DNA from: an uncultured archaeon
Lineage (GTDB): Archaea; Thermoproteota; Nitrososphaeria_A; Caldarchaeales; Wolframiiraptoraceae
Assembly: GCA_938083505.1 (NCBI GenBank)
Contig: CALKCF010000001.1
Location: 44,539 to 108,538 of the forward strand
Direction: 5' to 3'
Length of the DNA stretch: 64,000 nt
The notes below the pieces were generated by a model. The model was not told where the DNA came from. It searched no databases and saw only the letters and a program-made list of their open reading frames with translations. Positions 20,412 through 31,375 of the stretch are shown here, piece by piece (the stretch's first letter is position 1; the number at the start of each line of letters is the position of its first letter). The position numbers and the translations under genes were made by a program.

Positions 20412-21401
20412 GTGGTGCCGCATTTGAACAGCAAAAGAACAGCCCTAATAGAGGGTAGTTATGTCGAGGTAGGAGTCGGTGTGATATTTGCAGTAAAGGG
20501 TGTATCACATCCACCTAAAGGAGTTATAGCGGTTCCAAAGTATATAAAAACAGAAGGTTCGGTCGTCAAATTGAACAGTTTCAATTCCTCGGTGTATTTT
20601 CTCAGGAGACATTTTCGTGAGTTTTTAATACATGACGAGTACTTAGGCCAAGAGATACCGTTTGTACCTTTAGAGGAAGTTAAGCGAGTTTACGACCCGA
20701 TCGATGGAAAGAATTATTTGAGAAAAGATGCGATATCGAGCATTGCCCTTAAAATGGTGGAGCTAATTGTTGAGAACTCCGGAATAGAGAGCGACTTCGT
20801 TGGCATATCAGGTTCTATCCTTTTAGGTCTTTATAACGAATTCTCTGACATTGACATTGTAGTTTATGGTATAAAAAATTGTTTGAAAGTTTATGACGCC
20901 CTAAAACTTATGCGTGAAAATAATATAACTGAACATCTTTCTGAAGGTTTCTTAAAAAAAATCTTGGAATCTAGATCTGACACGCTCATGGAACCTATCG
21001 TGTGGATGATGCATGAAAAAAGAAAACTTACAAACGGAGTATTCATGGGAAGACCATATACACTAAAACTCACTCCTCTTCCAGAAGAATTTTGGGACAA
21101 ATACGGAGAGCGCCGTTTTAAGGAAATCGGTAGGGCCATCATACGCTTCCAAGTAAGTGATGCTTCAAAGAGCATCTTCACACCTTGTCGTTATGAGATC
21201 AAGGTGATTAGTATAATCAATGGACCGGAGATTTCGTCGAAGGTATCTTCGATCGTTTCATTCAGAAGTAGATTTGCCGAACAGCTTCGCGAAGGTGAAG
21301 TTGGTATAGCTTCAGGAAGGCTTGAATTATCAAACGATGAGAGGTTAAGATTATTTATCGGAAATGATCCACATGACCTTTTAATGGTCGATTCGTCTTG
21401 A
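20412..21401 (+). CDS. COG1665-like predicted nucleotidyltransferase, paralog 1 (start ~20412-20424; the longer ORF overlapping srp54 is spurious at its 5' end)
   Basis: IFAVKG.SHP..V.A.PKY N-motif, GISGSILLG....SDIDIVVYG Pol-beta motif, and C-terminal OB-like region. Confidence 0.78.
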   Translation: MVPHLNSKRTALIEGSYVEVGVGVIFAVKGVSHPPKGVIAVPKYIKTEGSVVKLNSFNSSVYFLRRHFREFLIHDEYLGQEIPFVPLEEVKRVYDPIDGKNYLRKDAISSIALKMVELIVENSGIESDFVGISGSILLGLYNEFSDIDIVVYGIKNCLKVYDALKLMRENNITEHLSEGFLKKILESRSDTLMEPIVWMMHEKRKLTNGVFMGRPYTLKLTPLPEEFWDKYGERRFKEIGRAIIRFQVSDASKSIFTPCRYEIKVISIINGPEISSKVSSIVSFRSRFAEQLREGEVGIASGRLELSNDERLRLFIGNDPHDLLMVDSS

Positions 21402-22441
21402 GAAGGTTTAGAGACAAAGATTATGTTGAGACATATGAAGAGCGGTTCTTCTGTGTAGTAGGTGAAAACCATCCTCATGATAGACTTATTGCATATTTGA
21501 AGTACTTGCCGGGCGATGGTGCATGGTCACGGCGAGGAAAAAGTTTCACGAGAGTCATACGTAGTTATTCGATGCAAGAGTTAGTTGATACGATAAATTT
21601 TCTTAAGAAAAATAAACCTGAGTATGTTTTTTACGACGAAACGATAGCTACTGAGATGTCTTGTGTTCCACTTAACAAAGTGTTAAAATACTATAGATGC
21701 GACAAGAGATTACGTGAGATATTAAAGGATGATAGGTTAGATGAACTTGAGAGCAAAGCTAAGGAATTGGTGGAATCAATAGTAAAAGTTTCTGGTATAG
21801 ACGTTAAAAACATGGGAATCACCGGCTCAATACTTTTAAAAATACATCATCTGAATTCGGACATAGATCTTGTTGTATATGGAAAAAACAACTTTTGGAA
21901 AGTGTTACACAACTTATACTTGATTAATGATATTAAACCCCTCGACGAGTTAAGATTAAACGAGTGGATTAAGAGGATAAGTGCAAAATATCCTATTTCT
22001 ATAGATATAATATCGAAGCTGGTAAAGTTGGTAAGGAACAAATACATTTACAAAGGCACACCTTTCTCGATTCATGGTGTCAGATTAGATGAAGAAGTGA
22101 CAAGAAGTTATGGTGAAGTTATTTACCGTAAATTAGGTCTTGCTAAAATAAGGGCAGTAATTTCTGACGCATCAGAATCTTGTTTCACACCGGCTATTTA
22201 TAGACTATCTAACGTGGAGACAGAACAAGAATACGCTAAAGATGTAGAAATACTGGCATGTTTTGATGGAACATTCACAGCGATGTTTGATGAGGGTACA
22301 TATATAGAGGCTTTCGGAAAGGTCGAGCGCGTTATGGAGCTAAAAAGTGGGCGCGTATTTAAATGGTTGCTAATCGGTACGTTTGAAGGTATGGACAAAG
22401 AGTATATTATTCCGATTAAAGAAGCACCTTTACCTCATTAA
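21398..22441 (+). CDS. COG1665-like predicted nucleotidyltransferase, paralog 2
   Basis: FRDKDYV, HP.DR.IAYLKY and GITGSILL....SDIDLVVYG. Confidence 0.8.
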   Translation: MRRFRDKDYVETYEERFFCVVGENHPHDRLIAYLKYLPGDGAWSRRGKSFTRVIRSYSMQELVDTINFLKKNKPEYVFYDETIATEMSCVPLNKVLKYYRCDKRLREILKDDRLDELESKAKELVESIVKVSGIDVKNMGITGSILLKIHHLNSDIDLVVYGKNNFWKVLHNLYLINDIKPLDELRLNEWIKRISAKYPISIDIISKLVKLVRNKYIYKGTPFSIHGVRLDEEVTRSYGEVIYRKLGLAKIRAVISDASESCFTPAIYRLSNVETEQEYAKDVEILACFDGTFTAMFDEGTYIEAFGKVERVMELKSGRVFKWLLIGTFEGMDKEYIIPIKEAPLPH

Positions 22442-24065
22442 GTACCCTATTCTGTATCCACAGTGGTGTCCAAGGCATTAGTAGCAAGGCATACTTACCC
22501 TCAGCGGCACTCTTCAGAACATCTTTGCTTCCAACAGATAGGTATCCAGATAAAAGATAGCGCGCATACTCTACCGATTTATTTACATCAAGATAGTGCC
22601 CTATGTAAAGCAAAACCTCTGTCAAGTCCCATACCTTATCACCATTAAATGAGGCCTGTTCTAAGTCTACTATGTAAACTTTGTCTCCTGATATTATGAA
22701 GTTTTCAGGTTTACAATCACCCAACGTGATGTCATGTTGATGAATTTTTGCTAATTCTCTCCCAACCATAAACGCAGCTCTATTTAACACGTTTTGTTCA
22801 CTTCCCGACATCCACATTTGCATAAGATCCTGCCCTTCAATGAATTTCTGGAACAACATCTTCTTCTTCCAATTTATATGATATATATCGGCTGTATTGA
22901 AACCAAGTTCCGCAAGCTTATTAACAAAGTAAATCTCATTAGAAAGCCTGACATCAGCTATGACCGAGAAGTTCTTCATACCAATAGTCCAGACCCTAGC
23001 CGCTACCCACTTCAGGTCCGTCCAGTTAATATATTTCTTAACAAAAACCCTCTCTTCTGAATCTTTTGTTCGGATTATGATGACATAAGTCGAGTTAAGC
23101 ATCCGACCTATCTTCTTTATAAGTATCTGACTTCTGTTCACATTATAAACTCGTTCAACGAAGTCCATGATGTCGAATCGTTCTTTTAACGGTTGTTTCC
23201 CTATGGCAGTTTTTATGAACACGTATTCCTCCGGATCAGGAAGGTCGTTTTCAGTTTTGTAAAATAGTGACCTCCTGATTTTTGAGTATAATTCCTCTGC
23301 TATGATGCGTGGATTAAAGCGTCCTGCATAACCATGCACGAGATACATTTTAAACATCTTTTCGAAATCATAAACTTTTTTAGCAAACTTATTCGCTTGG
23401 TTTAAAGTTGAAAGTATGAACTTGTTAGAAAGGCGATAATACTCACCATCCTTGAGTAGAAAACCCTCAGATTCTAAATCAGCTAAGGCTAAGTAAAATC
23501 CTTTCATACAAATTTCTGTATTAACCTTCTTATAAGGTGCAGAAAATATCTTCGAATAACTATAACGCGCCGGCGGATACATCAGAGCCCTTCTCCTTAA
23601 CTTCTCGAAGAGAAAGTATTCAGGCTGCATCAAAAGCTCGTTTGCAGCCATTCTGTGCTCCAGTATTAGATTCTCACATAATTCCAACACAACATTTTTC
23701 TTGTAAGTCTTGTCAAATTCTTTCAAAAGTGTGACACCTATAATAGGATAAAACGGTGTTAGAAGTCTTCCTGCCACAAATTCTCCAAAAGAGCCGTTTC
23801 TCACATCATCCCTCATGATATTTTCATCAACCGCTAAAATGGCAACTGTAGGTTCAAAATTTCTTAGATAGTAGTATTTTATACCCTCCTTGAATTTTTT
23901 CACGATACATAACACATCCAAATCGCTACTCTTCAAAGAGTAGCCAGAAAGTTGAGAGCCGTAAATGCAAAGGCACGATATGTCATCTTCCTTAAAGATA
24001 CTTTTCGAGGCTTCAAGTGCTATTTGAGCTAACATATTAAGCCTATCCTCTGGAATTGCATACAT
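22416..24065 (-). CDS. Nucleotidyltransferase-domain / Bud32-Kdo-like kinase fusion protein
   Basis: N-terminal YGS....SDLD motif; C-terminal VFVKK, NE, LGDCKPEN, VDLEQ and WDL kinase motifs. Confidence 0.75.
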   Translation of the reverse strand: MYAIPEDRLNMLAQIALEASKSIFKEDDISCLCIYGSQLSGYSLKSSDLDVLCIVKKFKEGIKYYYLRNFEPTVAILAVDENIMRDDVRNGSFGEFVAGRLLTPFYPIIGVTLLKEFDKTYKKNVVLELCENLILEHRMAANELLMQPEYFLFEKLRRRALMYPPARYSYSKIFSAPYKKVNTEICMKGFYLALADLESEGFLLKDGEYYRLSNKFILSTLNQANKFAKKVYDFEKMFKMYLVHGYAGRFNPRIIAEELYSKIRRSLFYKTENDLPDPEEYVFIKTAIGKQPLKERFDIMDFVERVYNVNRSQILIKKIGRMLNSTYVIIIRTKDSEERVFVKKYINWTDLKWVAARVWTIGMKNFSVIADVRLSNEIYFVNKLAELGFNTADIYHINWKKKMLFQKFIEGQDLMQMWMSGSEQNVLNRAAFMVGRELAKIHQHDITLGDCKPENFIISGDKVYIVDLEQASFNGDKVWDLTEVLLYIGHYLDVNKSVEYARYLLSGYLSVGSKDVLKSAAEGKYALLLMPWTPLWIQNRVLNEVKVLL

Positions 24066-24130
24066 TTCTCTTATAGAGTAATCAGGCTCAAGGTTTAAAC
24101 TTTTATTCTCGCTTAGTATAACAAGGGCTT

Positions 24131-25474
24131 ATGCTAACAATCTCGGAGGCTAAAGAACTTCCTAGAAAGCTGGTCAAGAAAATTTTAAAGCTAGGTGCAT
24201 CTGATGCAACAGTAAGGTTAAGCGTATCAAATTCAACGATGATAAGGTTTTCAAACAATAATGTCACAATTTCGAACTCTTTTAAGATTGCCGTATTGGA
24301 AATATACATAGCATTTAAAGAGAGGAGAGTTACAGGTACAATAACTGACCTCTCACAAGCTTCAATTGAACAAACGATTGAACGATTGATGTCTACTGCT
24401 AAGACCGTTCAACCTTCTGACGTTTATGCACCGCTTCCAAAAGGTCCATTTAAGTATGATAGATATCTCCTGAAAGTTGGCAACATTAGTATGGAGCCGG
24501 ACATACTTGTCGATTACGTGAATGCGGCCGTAAATTCTGCAATCTCCATGGGTGCTAAAAGAGTCGCTGGTTTTCTTAGGTTTATGAAGAGTGAAACTGT
24601 GCTTTGCACTAGCGGCAACGTAGAAGCATCATCCAAAAAGAATGCTGCTGCACTTTATGTGAGAGCATTCGCGGCGGACGATGCTACAGGGCAATTCGCC
24701 ACAGCTACAGCTGACAGTTCGGAATTTAGGCCAGAAAAAGTTGGCTCCATTGCCGGTGAGATAGCAAAGATTGCCTTAAATCCAGTTGAAGGTGAGCCAG
24801 GTAGATATGACGCGATTCTGGGACCAATGGCGTTTGCCCATATCATTGATGAATTCGGCTCAGCTACATCTGCTTTTAACGTTGACATCGGTGCGTCCTT
24901 CTTAGTCGATATGTTAGGGAAACAGGTTGCTTCACAAAAATTCACGTTAATTGATGATCCTACATTGTATAACACTTACGGTGCGGAGCCTTTTGATGAC
25001 GAAGGACTACCGACTAGGAGGAACATAATTGTGGAGAACGGTATCTTGAAAACTTATCTTCATAATAGTACAACGGCGAAAAGGCACGGTACAACGAGTA
25101 CCGCAAATGCTGGGATAATAGTTCCTACACCGTTTAACCTAATAATTGAGGCTGGCGATAGAAGTTTCGAGAAGTTGCTTTCTGAGGTTGATAGAGGCAT
25201 ATATGTAACAAACGATTGGTACCTAAGATATTCAAACTACAGAGAGGGTGATTTCTCTACTGTACCGAGGGATGGGCTCTTCATGATAAAGAACGGTAGT
25301 ATAGAAAAACCCCTCAAGGGTCTCAGACTCGTCGGCAACATGATAAAGCTCTTAAGCTCTATAATAGCGTTAAGTATGGAGAGGCACTGGATAGAGTGGT
25401 GGGAAGTAGAAACACCCGTCTACGCTCCTTGGGCGTTAATCGCCGACGTTGAATTTACAAAAAGTATGCTTTGA
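24131..25474 (+). CDS. TldE/PmbA family protein
   Basis: IRFSNN, DDP...PFDDEG, NAG and GDFS; no HExxGH zinc motif. Confidence 0.85.
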   Translation: MLTISEAKELPRKLVKKILKLGASDATVRLSVSNSTMIRFSNNNVTISNSFKIAVLEIYIAFKERRVTGTITDLSQASIEQTIERLMSTAKTVQPSDVYAPLPKGPFKYDRYLLKVGNISMEPDILVDYVNAAVNSAISMGAKRVAGFLRFMKSETVLCTSGNVEASSKKNAAALYVRAFAADDATGQFATATADSSEFRPEKVGSIAGEIAKIALNPVEGEPGRYDAILGPMAFAHIIDEFGSATSAFNVDIGASFLVDMLGKQVASQKFTLIDDPTLYNTYGAEPFDDEGLPTRRNIIVENGILKTYLHNSTTAKRHGTTSTANAGIIVPTPFNLIIEAGDRSFEKLLSEVDRGIYVTNDWYLRYSNYREGDFSTVPRDGLFMIKNGSIEKPLKGLRLVGNMIKLLSSIIALSMERHWIEWWEVETPVYAPWALIADVEFTKSML

Positions 25475-25482
25475 ATATTCTG

Positions 25483-25965
25483 CTATAATTTATACCCTAT
25501 CTTCCTTAGAAATTCCTTCCTCTTCTTTATGTCCTCTTCTCCTTCTATTCCCTTTGATTTGTAACCGTCGATTACGCCCATTATACCTCTGCCCTGTTCT
25601 GACTCAACCACAATGATCTGGAGCGGATTTGCTGTAGCTGCTAGGATTGTGCAAACTTCAGGTACTTCTTTTAATCTGTTCAACACATTTATGGGATACA
25701 TATCCTTTATGAACAACAAAAACGTATGACCACATCCAATCTTGAGCAATGTTTCGGCGGCGAGCTTCCTTAGTTCTTCATCCGTGCCTTCATGTCTAAT
25801 GAGGCACGGACCGCTGGCTTCAGCGAACGCTAAGCCAAACTTCGCTCCTGGTACAGAGTTCATTATAGCTTCATAAATGTCCTCTACACTCTTTATGAAG
25901 TGTGTTATGCCGAATATAACGTTACAACCTTCAGGCACTTTTATGTCTATTATTTCCAACTTCAA
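25483..25965 (-). CDS. Adenosine-specific kinase family (DUF355); start TTG 25965
   Basis: HFIKSVED, FAEASG, GCGH, ATANP and GVIDG...FLRKIGYK. Confidence 0.88.
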   Translation of the reverse strand: MKLEIIDIKVPEGCNVIFGITHFIKSVEDIYEAIMNSVPGAKFGLAFAEASGPCLIRHEGTDEELRKLAAETLLKIGCGHTFLLFIKDMYPINVLNRLKEVPEVCTILAATANPLQIIVVESEQGRGIMGVIDGYKSKGIEGEEDIKKRKEFLRKIGYKL

Positions 25966-26087
25966 CCTATATACACCTAAGACACTCAAAATTTTATGGT
26001 GTGATAAAAACATTACATTTTCAACCACGACACATACGTTCGAACAACATCACATTTATTATCGTCCAAGTTTTTAATTTATTATGA

Positions 26088-27236
26088 ATGGTACCTGTCA
26101 AGACAGGCGTTGCCGAACTACCGTTGCACTCCGGTCATGTGCCAAGCTGGCTTATAGAGAAGATGAAAAAGCTTGCAGACGCCATAGTTAAAGTTATCGT
26201 TGAAAGCTACAATACGGAAGAGTTTCTCAAAAGAGTATCGGATCCTTTCTGGTTCCAGTCATTCGGCTGTGTTCTTGGTTTCGATTGGCACTCAAGTGGT
26301 TTGACGACGGTAGTGACTGGGGTTCTTAGGGAGAGTCTGAGTCTCGATAAACATGGTGTTATGGTTGCTGGCGGAAAGGGTCTGAAAAGTAAAAAGGTAC
26401 CTGACGATTTAAAATCAGCACTTCTCATGTATAGGTTTGATGAGGGCATGATAGAGCGTTTGTTACGTGCAAGCAGACTGTCCGCAAAAGTTGACAACAC
26501 ACTCGTCCAAGATGGTTATGAGCTATATCATCACGCTATATTCGTGAATGAAAAAGGAAAGTGGGCTGTAGTCCAGCAAGGCATGAATATTTCAGATGAG
26601 TATGCAAGAAGGTATCATTGGCTTGGTGAGTCGGTGAAGAGCTTCGTTATTGAACCACATTACTCCATAATCAGCGATAACGTGTCCTCTGTGGTTCTCA
26701 ATATGACTTCACGAAAATGTGAGAATGTCAGGAAAGTTTCTATAGACCTTGTATGCGAATCACCATCGAAGTTGATACGTATTTTTAACACCCTCAACAA
26801 ACAGGAAAGTTTGACTAAATGGTTAGATGAAGAAACCGGTAAACCGATGATAGAAAAGATTCCAGCGTATCTTCGTATGCCTAAGAAGGTGAACTGGGAT
26901 TTGTTGCGAAAAGTATACGAGCTCAAACCAAGAAATTATGAAGAGTTGGTCGAGATAAGAGGTGTTGGACCATCAACTGTTAGGGCACTTGCCCTTATCG
27001 CTACGCTAATATTCGGCGCAGAAATCGACTGGAAGGACCCCGTAAAGTATAGCTTTGCCGTGGGTGGGAAAGACGGCGTGCCGTATCCTGTATCAAGAAG
27101 GACCATAGGCAAGGCGACGAGATTCTTAAGAGAAATGATAGACGCGGCTGATTTGGAAAGAGAGGCAAAAAAAGAAGCTCTTAGAAGGTTAGCACATGCC
27201 GAGCGAATGAAGGTGTTAGAATTCACGAGTGATTAG
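26088..27236 (+). CDS. DUF763 family protein
   Basis: LPLH.G, DP.WFQS.G...FDWHSSG.TT and GGKDG.PYPV. Confidence 0.9.
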   Translation: MVPVKTGVAELPLHSGHVPSWLIEKMKKLADAIVKVIVESYNTEEFLKRVSDPFWFQSFGCVLGFDWHSSGLTTVVTGVLRESLSLDKHGVMVAGGKGLKSKKVPDDLKSALLMYRFDEGMIERLLRASRLSAKVDNTLVQDGYELYHHAIFVNEKGKWAVVQQGMNISDEYARRYHWLGESVKSFVIEPHYSIISDNVSSVVLNMTSRKCENVRKVSIDLVCESPSKLIRIFNTLNKQESLTKWLDEETGKPMIEKIPAYLRMPKKVNWDLLRKVYELKPRNYEELVEIRGVGPSTVRALALIATLIFGAEIDWKDPVKYSFAVGGKDGVPYPVSRRTIGKATRFLREMIDAADLEREAKKEALRRLAHAERMKVLEFTSD

Positions 27237-28289
27237 AAAGTCTGCTAGGGCTTTGAGTTTTTTCTTTGCAGGCGTATCCGGTAAGAGTTTGTCTAGAGCC
27301 TTCCAAGATTCGCTAACCAGCTCTCTAGCGACTTTGCTTGCATACTCTACCGCACCGCTCTTCTTTATTAGAGTGATTGCCTCTTCTATTAGGCTAGGTT
27401 CGTTCGTGTGTAACGAAAGGATTTTCTTGAGCCTGTTTGCCTCCTCTTTTGACAGATGCTTTAGTGCATAAATCACCATCAAAGTCCTCTTACCTTCCTT
27501 TATGTCACCTCCTATCTCCTTACCGTACTTCGTCATATCGCCTACAATGTTTAATATGTCATCCTGTATCTGGAAAGCTATGCTAAGAGACTCTGCAAAC
27601 TCTTTTAAGCTCTCTAAAAGTTTGTGATCTGCGCCTGCCATTATACCAGCTATCCCGACCGCCATACGTGACAACGAGCCTGTTTTAAAAGAACACATTT
27701 GCATATAGTGTTCTTCGGTAATTTCTTCAACAAGTCCTTTATGCCAAGCTATATCCATAGCCTGGCCTAGACTTAGCCTGAGCATTTCTTCCACATAACA
27801 TCGCATGATCGCGAGCATCTTATCAGAATCTATTTTTTTATTGTTCAACAAAGCTAAGAGCGGGAGATAATACATCGTGTTGCCAACGTTGACCGCTACA
27901 TCAACACCGTAGATTTTATGAATGCACTCTTTGCCACGTCTAAAATCTCCGTTATCTTCCACATCGTCAACTATTAGCGTACCGTTATGTATGATTTCAG
28001 GTATTATGGTTATGTCCAATATATCCTCGGCCCTACCACCCAACGCTTCGTACGTTATTAAAAGCAAGGCTGGTCTCCACCTCTTTCCACCTCTATCTAT
28101 TAAGTCCCAAAACGGTTCAGATATTGCCTTAGTTAACGACTTAGGTTCGTATGAAAACCTCGACTTACCAAATAATCTGATAGCCTCTTCTTGTGTAAAC
28201 TTTCTTGGCACATAATGTTCCATAACCTTTTCGACAAGCTGGGAATATTCCTTCAGTATATTCAACACTTGCCGTTCTATTTCCATCAT
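27216..28289 (-). CDS. Polyprenyl (geranylgeranyl) diphosphate synthase
   Basis: GGKRWRP, DDVED..RRG, GQ.MD, FQIQDDIL and DIKEGK. Confidence 0.92.
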   Translation of the reverse strand: MMEIERQVLNILKEYSQLVEKVMEHYVPRKFTQEEAIRLFGKSRFSYEPKSLTKAISEPFWDLIDRGGKRWRPALLLITYEALGGRAEDILDITIIPEIIHNGTLIVDDVEDNGDFRRGKECIHKIYGVDVAVNVGNTMYYLPLLALLNNKKIDSDKMLAIMRCYVEEMLRLSLGQAMDIAWHKGLVEEITEEHYMQMCSFKTGSLSRMAVGIAGIMAGADHKLLESLKEFAESLSIAFQIQDDILNIVGDMTKYGKEIGGDIKEGKRTLMVIYALKHLSKEEANRLKKILSLHTNEPSLIEEAITLIKKSGAVEYASKVARELVSESWKALDKLLPDTPAKKKLKALADFLITREF

Positions 28290-28355
28290 GTTTTCAAGTA
28301 CGCTTTTCTACATTAATGATATAAAAAGCTTAGGATTTTTTACAAATCAGTATAG

Positions 28356-29123
28356 CTATATTTTGAAGCCTGCCTTCTTAAGAAATTTCGATAATTTTTC
28401 GTACTTCTTTTCTACCTCTTTCGTCTTTTCTATCTTTGCTATAAAATAATCTTTGTATTTCATAGAAATGCCTGCATACTTCATCAAGTAACCCTCCTGA
28501 TCATACGTTTCTGAAGATTCTTCGACGTAGTTGGCAATCTCATACGAATTCGGCTCCCGATACTTGTTTTTATGAAACACTATATGTAACGGCCATCTAG
28601 GCCTTTTAGGTGGCAACTCATCCTTTTCACCTATGCAAAGAAGACCAATAGGAATTACACCTTTCGGGAGTTCTAACAAGGCCGCCACCTGTTCCGCCTC
28701 AACAAGCACGCAATCAAGTAAAGCGGTGCCGAAGCCTAAAACCTCGGCAGCAATTATCATGTTCTGGGTTGCGAGCCCTGTCTCGAATATGCTATATATT
28801 ACCTCGACAGGATGTTCATTAGAAGTCAAAACATGGTTGGGGTTAAGGTAATTAAACATTTTATTAACCCTATTAAGGTCACTACATATGACTATTATCG
28901 CAGAGGCGTTTGATATGTACTTTATACCACAAACCTCCTCAAGTGCTCTCCTTTTTTCCTTATCGCTGACAAGTATGAACGAATAAGCCTGATTATATGA
29001 TGGTGCTCTTTGACCTGCCTCCACTATCATGTGAAGTATATCTTCTGGTATGTCGGCGGGCTTAAACTTTCTAATCGTCCTTCTGTTATATATGAGGTTT
29101 AGCAAACTCCTAGTTATGCTCAT
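28356..29123 (-). CDS. Nitroreductase family protein
   Basis: RRTIRKF, APS..Q and QN..IAAE.LG. Confidence 0.88.
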   Translation of the reverse strand: MSITRSLLNLIYNRRTIRKFKPADIPEDILHMIVEAGQRAPSYNQAYSFILVSDKEKRRALEEVCGIKYISNASAIIVICSDLNRVNKMFNYLNPNHVLTSNEHPVEVIYSIFETGLATQNMIIAAEVLGFGTALLDCVLVEAEQVAALLELPKGVIPIGLLCIGEKDELPPKRPRWPLHIVFHKNKYREPNSYEIANYVEESSETYDQEGYLMKYAGISMKYKDYFIAKIEKTKEVEKKYEKLSKFLKKAGFKI

Positions 29124-29179
29124 GGTTTATTCTTAACTAAAGCCTTAAGTTCTTTAAATAAAAATTTTGTTATTGTGCC

Positions 29180-31228
29180 TTATCTTAGCTTTAACCTTTT
29201 TAACGTTAAGGAGTTTGTGACAACACTGACGGAACTCAACGCCATGGCTATACCGGCCAGTATAGGATTAAGATACCCCATGGCAGCAATCGGTATGAGT
29301 GATGCGTTGTAAGCGAAGGCCCAAAAAAGATTTTGCTTTATCTTACGCATTATGTTCTTGCTAAGCTTTATCGCTGCCACGACGTTCCTTAAATCATCTT
29401 TTATCAGGACTATTCCAGAAGTTTCTATGGCGACGTCCGTTCCACTACTTATAGCAATACCTACGTCAGCCTGAGCCAGTGCTGGAGCATCGTTCACACC
29501 ATCGCCGACCATAGCCACTCTCCTTCCTTCTAGCTGAAGTTTCTTTATGACGTTAAGCTTTTCGGAGGGCAGAACCTCCGCTATCACGTGCTCTATATCA
29601 AGCTTCTTTGCTATCACCTTCGCCGTCCTTTCATTGTCACCCGTGAGCATTATGACTTCGAGACCCATGGACTTCAACTGCTTCACGGTTTCAGCTGCAT
29701 GCTCCTTCAGGATATCCTCTAAACCTATCAAAGCGACTGGTCTTTCATCAACCGAAATTATTAAAACTGTCTTACCTTCCTGCTCAAGCTTCCTCAGAGT
29801 TTCTTCAAACTCAAATAATCTGAGATTCATTGAGATAAGTAACTTTCTGTTACCTATAACTACGTGTTTTCCATTTACGGTTGCAATGACACCTTTGCCG
29901 GGAACTGCCTCAAATTTTTCCGGTTTGATAAGCTCTATTCCGAGCTCTTTCGCCTTCTTAATTATAGCCTCTCCCAATGGGTGTTCCGAGCCGAACTCGG
30001 CGGATGCAGCTAGCAATATAACCTCTTCTTCATTCATATCATCTAATAGTGTGATGCTCGTTACTGTTGGCTCACCTTTTGTGAGTGTACCAGTTTTATC
30101 AAATACTACGCTCGTTATATTATATGCTCTTTCAAGGTTTTCTCCACCTTTTATCAGTATACCGTTTTCGGCACCTTTTCCTACACCAACGACCACAGCC
30201 GCTGGTGTTGCTAGACCTAGAGCGCAGGGGCAGGCTACTATTAAAACTGCTATGAATGATTTAAGACCGAGAAGAGGGTTGCCAAAAAGGAGATACCATG
30301 TTAAGAATGCGATGATGCTGATGCTCACAACTGCAGGAACGAAGTATGAGGCCACCCTATCCACCAATCGCTCTATTGGAGCTTGAGCGGTCTGAGCTTC
30401 TTCAACAAGCCTTACTATCTGGGATAGTGTGGTGTCAGCTCCAACCTTAGTTGCTCTAATCAAGAGAAGGCCACTCCTGTTAATCGTACCGCCTATAACT
30501 TTGTCACCAACTTCTTTTTCTACGGGAATGCTTTCACCAGTCACGATTTTTTCATCGACTGCAGAATGACCGTCGATGACTATACCATCTACCGGTATCT
30601 TCTCACCCGGTTTAACTAATAACAAGTCACCAACCCTAACCTTTTCGACAGGAACTACCGTCTCGACATTATCCCATATGACTCTTGCCGTGGTTGGCTG
30701 TAGTTCCATAAGCTTCCTTACAACATCCGATGCCCTCCTTCTTACGCTATGCTCGAGCAGTCTTCCGAGAAGTACGAATGCTATTATCAACGCTGATACT
30801 TCATAGTACAATTCTCCGGAAAACACGGATGGCAAGAATGTCGCAAGCGTGCTATAAAACCAAGCTGCAGAGGTTCCTATGGCTATGAGCGTATCCATGT
30901 TTGCTGACTTGGCTCTAATCGCGTGCCACATGCCTTTGTAGAAAGACCAACCCGCAATAAACTGTACCGAAGTTGCCATAAAGAACAACAGTAGGCTATT
31001 ATTTACGGGTAAAGATGGAGTCGAAAACCATGTTAGTATAAAGATAGATATTCCTAGTGCGAAGCTAAAGATTGTCATCATTTTCAATTTTCTAACTTCA
31101 ATCTCGGGCATTAAGAAAGTCTTGAGGCAAGTTTCACTGCAAAAGTAGTACGTTCTCCCCCTCACGGTTGCCTTTAGGGCATCCTCCGTCTCTTCCACGA
31201 ACATTCCACATACAGGGTCTTTTGCCAC
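29180..31228 (-). CDS. copA: Cu(I)-translocating P1B ATPase with N-terminal TRASH/YHS domain
   Basis: DPVCGM...YFCS..C, TGES, CPC, DKTGT, HP, GDGVND, YN and MALSS. Confidence 0.93.
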   Translation of the reverse strand: MAKDPVCGMFVEETEDALKATVRGRTYYFCSETCLKTFLMPEIEVRKLKMMTIFSFALGISIFILTWFSTPSLPVNNSLLLFFMATSVQFIAGWSFYKGMWHAIRAKSANMDTLIAIGTSAAWFYSTLATFLPSVFSGELYYEVSALIIAFVLLGRLLEHSVRRRASDVVRKLMELQPTTARVIWDNVETVVPVEKVRVGDLLLVKPGEKIPVDGIVIDGHSAVDEKIVTGESIPVEKEVGDKVIGGTINRSGLLLIRATKVGADTTLSQIVRLVEEAQTAQAPIERLVDRVASYFVPAVVSISIIAFLTWYLLFGNPLLGLKSFIAVLIVACPCALGLATPAAVVVGVGKGAENGILIKGGENLERAYNITSVVFDKTGTLTKGEPTVTSITLLDDMNEEEVILLAASAEFGSEHPLGEAIIKKAKELGIELIKPEKFEAVPGKGVIATVNGKHVVIGNRKLLISMNLRLFEFEETLRKLEQEGKTVLIISVDERPVALIGLEDILKEHAAETVKQLKSMGLEVIMLTGDNERTAKVIAKKLDIEHVIAEVLPSEKLNVIKKLQLEGRRVAMVGDGVNDAPALAQADVGIAISSGTDVAIETSGIVLIKDDLRNVVAAIKLSKNIMRKIKQNLFWAFAYNASLIPIAAMGYLNPILAGIAMALSSVSVVTNSLTLKRLKLR

Positions 31229-31375
31229 ATATTGGTTATGTACAACGTTAATTTATAAATATTGCAGAATATGCCTCACAATCATATGGTCAGAACTTAA
31301 AATCAGTTATTTGTTATTCACGACGGTTCTGGGTTTGTCAAAAGTTTATCTTTATCTGAAAGCTTAAGGCTTCTG

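Noticed and set aside
24131-25474. tldE without an adjacent tldD
   Set aside because: The partner may simply be elsewhere; cannot be judged from this window.
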